Shown in pieces: positions 18,090-27,390 of a stretch of 64,000 nt of DNA. Positions within the stretch are counted from its first letter, which is position 1; each line of letters opens with the position of its first letter. Location: assembly GCA_964435285.1 (NCBI GenBank), contig CAYSYA010000001.1, positions 22,322 through 86,321 on the forward strand, given 5' to 3'. A model generated the notes under the pieces. The model saw only the letters and a list, made by a program, of their open reading frames with translations, was not told the origin of the DNA and made no database searches. This DNA is from an uncultured Flavobacteriales bacterium (GTDB lineage: Bacteria; Bacteroidota; Bacteroidia; Flavobacteriales; TMED113). Position numbers and translations under genes: made by a program.

Positions 18090-20855
18090 TTATTTATTTA
18101 TTACAATATTTATAATTTTTTCTGGTATAATTATTATTTTTTTAACTGTGCATCCAGTTAGAATTTGTTTAATTTTATCATTTGAGTAAATAATTTTTTC
18201 AATTTCATCTTTATTTAAATTATTTGCTATCATCATATTTAATTTTCGTTTACCATTTATTGCAACAGGATAATTTGTTTCATTTTTTATAAATAATTTA
18301 ATGTCATACTTAGGAAAAGTAGAATTATATACATAAGAATTTGGTTCTATTTTATTCCATAATTCTTCGCACACAAAAGGGCAAAAGGGAGATAAAAGAA
18401 TAATTAATGGCTTTAAAATTTTCTCTTTTGAGCATTGAGCCTTTTTTAATTTATTTACAGTAATCATAAATGTGCTAACACAGGTGTTGAAAGAAAATGT
18501 TTCAATATCATTTTTTATTTTATGTATTGCATAATGTAGAATTTCTTTTTCTTCCTTACTTGGGTCTTCTTGAGTCAAGTAGAATTTGCCATCTTTATGA
18601 AATAAATTCCAAAATTTTTTAATAAAGTTATAGACTCCAGTTATTCCGTCTGTGTTCCAAGGTTTATATTGTGTTAATGGACCCAAAAACATTTCATATA
18701 ATCTAAGCGAATCAGCACCATATTTCTCTATAATATCATCGGGGTTAACTACGTTATAAAATGATTTTGACATTTTTTCAATTGTCTTTCCGCATATATA
18801 ATTTTCATTTTCACAAATAAATTTTGCAGTATTATATTCTTTTCTACTATTTTTAAATTCTTCAATTTTTAGTTTATTTTTTTCTACCAAATTTATGTCA
18901 ACATGAATTTTAGTCGTTTTAAATTTATCTTTTAAATTATATGAAACATAGGTATTTTCTCCTTTAATTCTGTAAACAAAACATGATTCTCCTAGAATCA
19001 TACCCTGATTTATAATTTTTTGAAATGGTTCATCAAAAGAAATTAAAGACAGGTCGTAAAGAAATTTCGTCCAAAATCTAGAGTACAGTAAATGCCCAGT
19101 AGCATGTTCTGCACCTCCTATATATAAGTCTACATTTCCCCAGTACTTTAGTTTTTTTTCGTCCACAAATTTTAAGTTATTTTTAGGATCGATATACCTT
19201 ATAAAATACCATGATGAACCTGCCCAACCGGGCATAGTTGAGTGTTCATAGCGGTATTTAGTTTTATATTTCCAATTTTCAGCTCTTGCTAAAGGTGGAT
19301 TTCCTTCTTTAGTTGGTAAATAAGAGTTAATAGATGGTAGTTTTAGCGGAAGTTCTACATCAGGGATTAAATATGGTATTTCATTTTTATAATATACAGG
19401 AAAAGGCTCTCCCCAATATCTTTGCCTACTAAATATTGCGTCTCTAAGTCTAAAATTAATTAATTTATGTCCTATATTTTTTTCTTTAACTAAATTAGTT
19501 ATCATTTCAGATGCCTTAGAAATTGATAAGCCATTAATAAAAGAAGAGTTAATAATTTCTCCTGCTTTTTCAAGATAAGGTTCTTCATCTACTTTGTAAC
19601 CATTTTCAATTACTTGAACAATTTCAAGTTTAAATTTTTTTGCAAACTTAAAGTCTCTTGAATCATGAGCCGGAACTGCCATGATTGCACCGCTACCATA
19701 ATTTGTTAAGACATAATCTGATATCCAAATTGGAATTTTTTCTTGACTAAATGGATGGATAGCATAAGATCCTGTAAATTCTCCAGAAACAGAATCGATA
19801 TTGGAGATTCTATCTAATTCACTTTTTTGTGAGCATTCAAATTGATATTTTTTTATTTTTTCCTTTTGAACTTGCGTACAAATTGTTTCTATGAGCTCAT
19901 GTTCTGGTGAAAGTACTAAAAATGAAACACCGAAAATAGTTTCAGGCCTAGTTGTAAAAACAGAAATTTTATTTTTTTGTTCGGTATCAAATAAAATATT
20001 AACACCAGAGGATTTACCTATCCAGTTTTTTTGTTGTTCTTTGATTGAATTAGGCCAGTCTATTTTATTTAATCCACTTAATAATCGATTAGCATATGCT
20101 GTAATTCTAAGCGACCATTGCTTCATTTTTTTTTGTTCAACAGGATGACCTCCTCTTATTGAAAGTCCTTCTTTAACTTCATCATTAGCGAGAACGGTAC
20201 CAAGTTCTTCACACCAATTTACCCACGAGTCTGATAAAAAAGCTAATCGATATTTTAATAGGATATTTTGTTTTTCTTCCTCAGCCCATGATTTCCATTT
20301 TTTTGCAGTAAATTTAGGAGTGTCTTCATCGCAAGGAGATTCTACCAAATTATTACCATTTCTTTCAAACTCTTCAACAAGTTGAGAAATAGGCAATGCT
20401 TTATCATTTAAATTACAATAGTAGGATTCAAAAAGTTTTTTAAAAATCCATTGAGTCCATTTATAATAACTATGATCAGAAGTTTTTAGCTCTCTTGACC
20501 AGTCAAATGATAATCCAATATTTTTTAATTGAGATTTATATTTTTCTGAATTTTCTTTTGTAGTTTTTTCGGGATGTTGTCCAGTTGCAATAGCATATTG
20601 TTCAGCAGGCAATCCAAAAGAATCAAAACCCATTGGGTGTAGAACATTAAATCCATTTAATTTTTTGTATCTACTAAATATATCAGATGCAATGTAACCT
20701 AATGGATGACCAACATGCAGACCTGCGCCTGAAGGATAAGGAAACATGTCCAATGCATAAAATTTTTTTTTCGAATTAATTTCAGTTGCAAATAACTTAT
20801 CTTCTTCCCACTTTTTTTTCCACTTATTTTCTATTTTTTTAAAATTATAATCCAT
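18090..20855 (-). CDS. leuS: leucine--tRNA ligase
   Basis: 921 aa with the HIGH-type motif (HVGHPLGY), CP1 editing region (TTRPETIFG) and KMSKS (EKMSKS). Confidence 0.95.
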   Translation of the reverse strand: MDYNFKKIENKWKKKWEEDKLFATEINSKKKFYALDMFPYPSGAGLHVGHPLGYIASDIFSRYKKLNGFNVLHPMGFDSFGLPAEQYAIATGQHPEKTTKENSEKYKSQLKNIGLSFDWSRELKTSDHSYYKWTQWIFKKLFESYYCNLNDKALPISQLVEEFERNGNNLVESPCDEDTPKFTAKKWKSWAEEEKQNILLKYRLAFLSDSWVNWCEELGTVLANDEVKEGLSIRGGHPVEQKKMKQWSLRITAYANRLLSGLNKIDWPNSIKEQQKNWIGKSSGVNILFDTEQKNKISVFTTRPETIFGVSFLVLSPEHELIETICTQVQKEKIKKYQFECSQKSELDRISNIDSVSGEFTGSYAIHPFSQEKIPIWISDYVLTNYGSGAIMAVPAHDSRDFKFAKKFKLEIVQVIENGYKVDEEPYLEKAGEIINSSFINGLSISKASEMITNLVKEKNIGHKLINFRLRDAIFSRQRYWGEPFPVYYKNEIPYLIPDVELPLKLPSINSYLPTKEGNPPLARAENWKYKTKYRYEHSTMPGWAGSSWYFIRYIDPKNNLKFVDEKKLKYWGNVDLYIGGAEHATGHLLYSRFWTKFLYDLSLISFDEPFQKIINQGMILGESCFVYRIKGENTYVSYNLKDKFKTTKIHVDINLVEKNKLKIEEFKNSRKEYNTAKFICENENYICGKTIEKMSKSFYNVVNPDDIIEKYGADSLRLYEMFLGPLTQYKPWNTDGITGVYNFIKKFWNLFHKDGKFYLTQEDPSKEEKEILHYAIHKIKNDIETFSFNTCVSTFMITVNKLKKAQCSKEKILKPLIILLSPFCPFVCEELWNKIEPNSYVYNSTFPKYDIKLFIKNETNYPVAINGKRKLNMMIANNLNKDEIEKIIYSNDKIKQILTGCTVKKIIIIPEKIINIVINK

Positions 20856-20947
20856 TTTTTTGAGATAAAGAATCGATAAATTAATACTTTTTTAAGTTAC
20901 TAAATCTTACTTAAATTAATTGTATTTATTAATTTAGATTTTAAGTT

Positions 20948-21853
20948 ATGAGTTATAATTCAAATAAAGTACTAAAAAATTCTATTTATAGTTTAAAAAC
21001 CTCAACTATATTTACAATGACAGTTACTTTATTAAGTATTGGATTTGTAATGTTTCTAACCTTTTTTTCAAATAGATTTGTTGAGTTAGTTCAAGAAGAA
21101 ATTCCCTTCAAAATTATTTTAAAAGAGTCAAATCCCCACGATGTATTAGATTTAATGAATTTTTTAAAAGAAAATGAAGAAGTTGACATTGAAAAAACTT
21201 TATTTGTTCAAAAGGAACAAGCAGTTGTTGAGATGAAGAAAAAATTAGGAGATGATTTTTTAGTTCCTATTAATAATAAAAACCCATTACCAGATATTAT
21301 TAATTTATATGTTAAATCCAAATTCCATCAAATTAACACTTTGAATAAATTAAAATCAAAAATTGAATCACAGTTAATTGTTTCAAATGTTATTTTTCCA
21401 ATAAAAATCTCAGACAATATCATCAAATTAAAATCTAAAATTTTAATTATTTCTTTGATTATATTTATAACTTTTCTTTTTTTATCTTCACTATTAATAT
21501 ACAATAATATAAGGTTGACAGTCTACTCTAAAAAAGACAATTTGAATATTATGCAATTGGTTGGGGCAACAAAAAAATTTATACAAAAACCTTATTTAAC
21601 AACTAGTATATATGATGGTTTTATTTCTGCAATTATTGCATCAATGATTTTAATTATTATCTTGTTTTCGCTTATTTATATAAGCACAGAAAGTTATAAT
21701 TTTCTAACTGAAAAATTATTTAGCTTATTTTCTTTAATTGAAATACTTATGGTTTTCATAACTCTTGTGTTTTTAGGAGTCCTCATTTCGTTTATAAGTC
21801 ATTGGTTAGTTTTAAAAAAATTGCTTAGTTTGAAAATTAATTTTTATAAATAA
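20948..21853 (+). CDS. ftsX: cell division protein FtsX-like permease
   Basis: 301 aa, one N-terminal TM plus three C-terminal TMs. It is followed by DUF3098 and uppP, as is usual in Bacteroidota. Confidence 0.78.
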   Translation: MSYNSNKVLKNSIYSLKTSTIFTMTVTLLSIGFVMFLTFFSNRFVELVQEEIPFKIILKESNPHDVLDLMNFLKENEEVDIEKTLFVQKEQAVVEMKKKLGDDFLVPINNKNPLPDIINLYVKSKFHQINTLNKLKSKIESQLIVSNVIFPIKISDNIIKLKSKILIISLIIFITFLFLSSLLIYNNIRLTVYSKKDNLNIMQLVGATKKFIQKPYLTTSIYDGFISAIIASMILIIILFSLIYISTESYNFLTEKLFSLFSLIEILMVFITLVFLGVLISFISHWLVLKKLLSLKINFYK

Positions 21854-21858
21854 TTATA

Positions 21859-22080
21859 ATGAGTCAACAATCTAAATTCTTATTTAACAAAAAAAAATAT
21901 ATTGTTCTTTTGACGGCTATATTAATATTAATATTAGGATTTCTTCTAATGTCTGGAGGGGGGACTGACGGCACAGAATTCAAGTCTGAAATATTTTCTA
22001 AAAGAAGAATAGTGGTAGCTCCAATTTTAATAATTATAGCATTCATTATGTGTGGTTATTCAATAATGATGAAAAAATGA
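21859..22080 (+). CDS. DUF3098 small membrane protein
   Basis: 73 aa, two TM segments, motif LMSGGG. Conserved partner downstream of ftsX. Confidence 0.7.
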   Translation: MSQQSKFLFNKKKYIVLLTAILILILGFLLMSGGGTDGTEFKSEIFSKRRIVVAPILIIIAFIMCGYSIMMKK

Positions 22081-22871
22081 TAGATTTTTTTGAGTATATA
22101 TTCTTAGCAATAATTCAAGGAATAACAGAGTTTTTGCCAGTTAGTAGTAGTGGGCACATTGAACTGTCAAAATATTTTTTTAATAATTCAACAATACAAA
22201 ACACAGGTGCATTTACAACAGTGATTTTGCACTTGGCAACTGCCCTAAGTATCATTTTTATTTACAGAAAAAAATTAAAAAGTATTATAGTTATTAATAC
22301 TAAAGAATCAAGGTCTTATGTTTTAAAGATTCTTTTATCAATAATTCCAGTTTTTATTTTAGTTGTTTTTAATGTTGATGAGTTCATAGAAAATAAATAT
22401 AATAATGGATGGGATTTAAGATTTTTATCTTTAATGTTTTTAATAACGGGTTTAATTTTATTTATTTCTGAAAAGATTAACCCTAAAACAAAATCTATTA
22501 CTCTTGCCACAGCATTATTTATTGGAGTTGCTCAAGCAATTGCAATCTTACCAGGAATTTCAAGATCAGGAGCAACAATTTGTTGTGCTCTTTTATTAGG
22601 AGCTACTAAAAAAGAAGCATCTACTTTTTCTTTTATAATTTGTTTACCCATCATAATTGGAAAATCTTTTAAAGATTTATTTTTTACAGATATACTTCTT
22701 ACGACAACTATAAACTTAAATATTTTATTTGCTTTTATTGTAACTTTTTTTATTGGTTTATTTTGCTGTAAGCTCATGATAAGTATTGTTAATCAAAGTA
22801 AACTAAAATATTTTGGAGCATATTGTATATTTATTTCTTTTAGTTCTTTTTTAGTATATATTCTTAAATGA
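22077..22871 (+). CDS. uppP: undecaprenyl-diphosphate phosphatase
   Basis: The start is moved to ATG 22077 (ATGA overlap with the upstream stop), giving MIDFFEYIFLAIIQGITEFLPVSSSGH. PGISRSG motif present. Confidence 0.9.
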   Translation: MIDFFEYIFLAIIQGITEFLPVSSSGHIELSKYFFNNSTIQNTGAFTTVILHLATALSIIFIYRKKLKSIIVINTKESRSYVLKILLSIIPVFILVVFNVDEFIENKYNNGWDLRFLSLMFLITGLILFISEKINPKTKSITLATALFIGVAQAIAILPGISRSGATICCALLLGATKKEASTFSFIICLPIIIGKSFKDLFFTDILLTTTINLNILFAFIVTFFIGLFCCKLMISIVNQSKLKYFGAYCIFISFSSFLVYILK

Positions 22872-23545
22872 AAAATGATATAATTTTAATAAATAAGCCA
22901 ATCAATTGGACATCTTTTGATGTTGTAAAAAAAATAAGAGTACTTATAAAAAAAAAATATAACTTAAAAAAACTAAAAGTAGGTCATGCAGGCACCCTAG
23001 ATCCTTTAGCTACAGGACTTCTAATAGTTTGTTCTGGAAAAAAAACAAAAGAAATTTCAAAGTATCAAAACTTAAAAAAAACATATTTAGCTACGATTAA
23101 GCTGGGTAATATTACAGAGAGCTTTGATAGAGAGACAGCTGAAATAAATCAAAAAGATTATAAAAAAGTTCCAATTAAAAAAATTAAAAATTTCATAAAT
23201 TTTTTTTTAGGTGAACAAATCCAAATTCCACCAAAATTTTCTGCTATAAAAGTTAATGGAAAGAGAGCATATGAAAAAGCTAGAAATAATGAAAAGTTTA
23301 AGATTAATCCTCGAAAAGTTATAATTTATTCTTTGGTAATAAAAAAAATAGATTTGCCATTTATTTCATTTGAAGTAGAGTGTAGTAAAGGTACTTATAT
23401 TAGAACATTAGCGAGTGATATTGGAAAATATTTAGGTTGCGGTGCATATCTTTATGATTTAAAAAGACTATCAATAGGACAGTATCATGTTGATTCCTCA
23501 TTTGGTATGGAATCATTTAAAATATTTTTAGATGAATTGGAATAA
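22868..23545 (+). CDS. truB: tRNA pseudouridine(55) synthase (short form)
   Basis: 225 aa with HAGTLDPLATGLL. Confidence 0.9.
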   Translation: MKNDIILINKPINWTSFDVVKKIRVLIKKKYNLKKLKVGHAGTLDPLATGLLIVCSGKKTKEISKYQNLKKTYLATIKLGNITESFDRETAEINQKDYKKVPIKKIKNFINFFLGEQIQIPPKFSAIKVNGKRAYEKARNNEKFKINPRKVIIYSLVIKKIDLPFISFEVECSKGTYIRTLASDIGKYLGCGAYLYDLKRLSIGQYHVDSSFGMESFKIFLDELE

Positions 23546-23604
23546 CTAATTCAACTCATATAATTTTGTATATTTGGAAACTTTTATTCACTTAACTTCG
23601 CAAC

Positions 23605-24660
23605 ATGAAATATAAATTATCACATTTTAATTACGAATTACCAGAAAAGCTAGTTGCCAAAAAACCTTGTGCAGAGAGAGATGAGTCAAGAATGATGGTG
23701 ATAGATAGGGCTACAGGAAAAATCGAACATAAAATATTTAAAGATATTTTAACATATTTTGATGATCAGGATATGTTCATTGTAAACAACACAAAGGTAT
23801 TTCCTGCAAGAATGTATGGAAATAAAGAAAAAACTGGTGCTAGAATTGAAGTTTTTTTATTGAGAGAACTTAACAGTGAAATAAGATTATGGGACGTTTT
23901 GGTGGACCCTGCTCGTAAAATAAGAATAGGAAATAAGTTATATTTTGGAGATGATTTTTCACTTGTAGCAGAGGTAGTAGATAATACAACATCGAGGGGA
24001 AGAACGTTAAGGTTTTTATTTGATGGTGATTATGATCAATTTAGAAATAAATTAAAAGAACTTGGAGAAACACCAATACCAAAATATTTAAATAGATCTC
24101 CTGAAAAAAATGATGTAGAAAGGTACCAAACAGTTTATGCAAAAGTAGAGGGAGCTGTAGCTGCACCAGCAGCAGGATTACATTTTAGTAGGAATTTATT
24201 AAAAAGAGCCGAAATAAAGGGTATTAATTTAAGTGAACTTACATTACATGTTGGTTTGGGTACTTTTAAACCAGTTGAAGTTGAAGATTTGTCAAAGCAT
24301 AAAATGGATTCAGAAAGATTATTTATTCCAGAACAAACTGCAATTAACGTTAATAATGCCATGAGTAATAGAAAAAAAATATGTGCAATTGGTTCTACAT
24401 GTATAAGAGCTTTAGAATCTTCTGTTTCAACAGATTTAAAATTAAAGCCTTTTGATGGATGGACAAATAAATTTATTTTTCCTAATTATGATTTTAGGAT
24501 TGCAAATTGTATGGTTACAAATTTTCATGCACCTAAGTCAACATTAATGATGCTAGTTTCATCTTTTTGCGGACATGATTTAATAATGAAAGCTTATAAA
24601 GAAGCTATTAAAGAAAAGTACAAATTTCTTGGTTATGGAGATTGTATGTTGATATTGTAA
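23605..24660 (+). CDS. queA: S-adenosylmethionine:tRNA ribosyltransferase-isomerase
   Basis: 351 aa with [18 protein letters not shown]...[10 protein letters not shown] and GYGDCMLI at the C-terminus. Confidence 0.93.
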   Translation: MKYKLSHFNYELPEKLVAKKPCAERDESRMMVIDRATGKIEHKIFKDILTYFDDQDMFIVNNTKVFPARMYGNKEKTGARIEVFLLRELNSEIRLWDVLVDPARKIRIGNKLYFGDDFSLVAEVVDNTTSRGRTLRFLFDGDYDQFRNKLKELGETPIPKYLNRSPEKNDVERYQTVYAKVEGAVAAPAAGLHFSRNLLKRAEIKGINLSELTLHVGLGTFKPVEVEDLSKHKMDSERLFIPEQTAINVNNAMSNRKKICAIGSTCIRALESSVSTDLKLKPFDGWTNKFIFPNYDFRIANCMVTNFHAPKSTLMMLVSSFCGHDLIMKAYKEAIKEKYKFLGYGDCMLIL

Positions 24661-24671
24661 TTGTATATGCA

Positions 24672-25352
24672 ATGTTAGGTAAACATTATGTAATCATTTT
24701 AGCAGCTGGAAAAGGAGAAAGGATGCGTTCTAATGAACTAAAACAATTTTTAATTTTAGGAAAAAAACCAGTTTTAATTCACAGTTTTTACGCTTTTTAT
24801 AATTATGATAAAAATAGTGTTATATCTGTTGTTTTACCTAAGAATAAAATAAATTATTGGAAACACATTTGTAAAAAATATAATTTTAATATTAAGCATA
24901 ATATTTTTATTGGAGGTTCGACCCGATACGAGTCTGTAAGAAACGCATTAAAGAATCTAAATATTTCTCATAATGATATGGTAACAATTCATGATGGAGT
25001 TCGCCCATTTGTAAGTAAAAAATTAATTACTAAAACATTTAATTCAGCATTTAATAAGGGTCATGCTGCACCATTTCTAAACCTCAAAGATTCTTTAAGA
25101 AAATTTGATAAAGAAAAGACAAATACCAAATCTGTAAATAGGGCTAATTTTATTCAAATACAAACACCTCAAATATTTAGAGGAAATATTATTAAAGAAG
25201 CATATAAAAAAGAAAAAAGTAATAAAACAGATGATATTTCTTTAATTGAATCCAATGTTAAAAGAGTAAATCTCATTAAGGGAGAACAGACGAATTTGAA
25301 GATTACTACTAAGGAAGATTGGTTTTTAGCAAATCTTTTAATTAAAAATTAA
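24672..25352 (+). CDS. ispD: 2-C-methyl-D-erythritol 4-phosphate cytidylyltransferase
   Basis: The track start 24642 is a TTG overlapping queA. ATG 24672 gives MLGKHYVIILAAGKGERM, the canonical IspD N-terminus. Confidence 0.85.
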   Translation: MLGKHYVIILAAGKGERMRSNELKQFLILGKKPVLIHSFYAFYNYDKNSVISVVLPKNKINYWKHICKKYNFNIKHNIFIGGSTRYESVRNALKNLNISHNDMVTIHDGVRPFVSKKLITKTFNSAFNKGHAAPFLNLKDSLRKFDKEKTNTKSVNRANFIQIQTPQIFRGNIIKEAYKKEKSNKTDDISLIESNVKRVNLIKGEQTNLKITTKEDWFLANLLIKN

Positions 25353-25380
25353 ATTCTAGTAATTTTAGATTTTTTAATTT

Positions 25381-26418
25381 ATGAAAAAAAATATAAGAGA
25401 GTTAAAATTATCTGATTTAGAAAATATTTTAAATAAATTAGAGGAACCTGGTTATAGGTCACGTCAAATTTTCAGATGGCTTTGGAAAGAAAGAGTTAGT
25501 TCATTTAATCAAATGTCTAATATTTCAAGTAAATGCAAAGACTATTTAAATAATAATTTTAATATCCAATACACTGAGATTGATAAGAAAATTAAGAGCA
25601 ATGATGGCACAATAAAATTTTTATTCACGTTACCAGATGGAAAAAAATGTGAAGGGGTTCTGATACCGGAAAACCAAAGAATTACAGCATGTGTCTCCTC
25701 TCAGGTTGGATGTAGTTTTTCTTGTAAATTTTGTGCAACAGGAAAAATGAAAAGAACTAGAAATATTTTTGCATTTGAAATATATGATCAGGTCACTTTG
25801 ATGATGGAAGAAGCAAAGAAAAATTTTGATAATTATTTAACTAATATAGTATATATGGGAATGGGAGAGCCACTAGTGAATTATCAAAATGTCATAGAAT
25901 CAATAAATTATATAGTTAGTAAAGATGGTTTAAATATGTCATCAAAAAGAATAACGCTGTCAACAGTCGGAGTATCTAAAATGATTAAAAAATTAGCCGA
26001 TGACAACATAAAAGTTAACTTAGCTGTATCCTTACATTCTGCTAATAACATAAAAAGAAGTCAAATTATGGATGTTAATCATTTCAATAACTTAGATGAT
26101 TTAAGAGATTCATTACTATATTTTTATAGTAAAACAAAAATTAAAATAACATATGAGTATGTAATGTTAAAAGATTTTAATGATTCAAAACAAGATGCAA
26201 TTGATTTAGCTAAATTTTCAAAAATCATACCATCAAAAATTAATTTAATAGAGTTTAATTCAATAGAAAATTCTAATTTTAAAAAATCTTCTGAACAGAT
26301 AACTAAGGAATTTATTTCCTTATTAAAAAAGGAAAATATAGTAGTTAACTTAAGAAGAAGTAGGGGTGAGGATGTGAATGCTGCATGTGGGCAACTTGCT
26401 AATTTAACTGATAAATGA
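25381..26418 (+). CDS. rlmN: 23S rRNA (adenine2503-C2)-methyltransferase, radical SAM
   Basis: 345 aa with CSFSCKFCATG and the C-terminal AACGQL. Confidence 0.93.
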   Translation: MKKNIRELKLSDLENILNKLEEPGYRSRQIFRWLWKERVSSFNQMSNISSKCKDYLNNNFNIQYTEIDKKIKSNDGTIKFLFTLPDGKKCEGVLIPENQRITACVSSQVGCSFSCKFCATGKMKRTRNIFAFEIYDQVTLMMEEAKKNFDNYLTNIVYMGMGEPLVNYQNVIESINYIVSKDGLNMSSKRITLSTVGVSKMIKKLADDNIKVNLAVSLHSANNIKRSQIMDVNHFNNLDDLRDSLLYFYSKTKIKITYEYVMLKDFNDSKQDAIDLAKFSKIIPSKINLIEFNSIENSNFKKSSEQITKEFISLLKKENIVVNLRRSRGEDVNAACGQLANLTDK

Positions 26419-27386
26419 TAGAGAAAGTAACTAAGCCAATAAAAAAAGAAATAGAAATTTTTGATAAAAGATATAAAGAAGCTTTATCAACTGATGTCAA
26501 GTTACTTTTAAAAATTTCTAATTATATTTTAAAAAATACAGGAAAAAGAATAAGGCCAATATTATTATTATTAGTTTCTAAATTATTAGGTGAAATAAAT
26601 GAGAAAACTTATTCGAGTTGTATATTAATTGAATTACTTCATACTGCAACATTAATTCACGACGATGTAATTGATGATGCCAGTTTTAGAAGGGGTAAGT
26701 TTTCCATCAATAATTTATGGAAAAATAAAATTGCTGTTCTAGTTGGAGATTTTTTACTCTCTAAAGGATTATCTTTAGGATTAAAAGATAAAGATATTAA
26801 TATATTATTTCACACTTCTAAAGCTGTTGAAAAAATCAGTGAGGGAGAGATTTTTCAAATACAAAAGTCAAGAGATTTAGACTTAAATGAAAAAGATTAC
26901 TATAATATAATAAGTAGAAAAACAGGTTCGTTATTTGCATGTTGTTTTCAATTGGCAGCAGTATCCAATGGAATTCATTCAAAGAAAAAAATGGACAGTT
27001 TATATAATATGGGTTTAAAATTTGGAATGATATTTCAAATAAAAGATGATATATTAGACTATTCTAGTAGTGATATTACCGGAAAAATAATGGGAAATGA
27101 CTTGAAGGAAAGTAAAATTAATTTACCACTATTATTAGCTATTAAAAATTTTTCTTTTTTAGAAAGACAAAAAGTTTTTTACATTCTTAAAAAGAAACAA
27201 AAAAAGAAAGAAGATATTTATTATGTTAACAATTTAGTTAAGAAAAAAAAAGGTATTGCCCTATCAGAAATTAAAATGTACAATCTAAAAAAAGAGCTTG
27301 TAAATGATTTAGCTATCTTTCCAAATTCAGTAAATAAAACAGCATTAATTGACTTAATTCAACTAATAATAGATAGAAAAAAATAA
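26415..27386 (+). CDS. polyprenyl diphosphate synthase (IspB-like)
   Basis: 323 aa with both DDxxD motifs (HDDVIDDASFRRG and KDDILD). Confidence 0.85.
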   Translation: MIEKVTKPIKKEIEIFDKRYKEALSTDVKLLLKISNYILKNTGKRIRPILLLLVSKLLGEINEKTYSSCILIELLHTATLIHDDVIDDASFRRGKFSINNLWKNKIAVLVGDFLLSKGLSLGLKDKDINILFHTSKAVEKISEGEIFQIQKSRDLDLNEKDYYNIISRKTGSLFACCFQLAAVSNGIHSKKKMDSLYNMGLKFGMIFQIKDDILDYSSSDITGKIMGNDLKESKINLPLLLAIKNFSFLERQKVFYILKKKQKKKEDIYYVNNLVKKKKGIALSEIKMYNLKKELVNDLAIFPNSVNKTALIDLIQLIIDRKK

Positions 27387-27390
27387 TTTA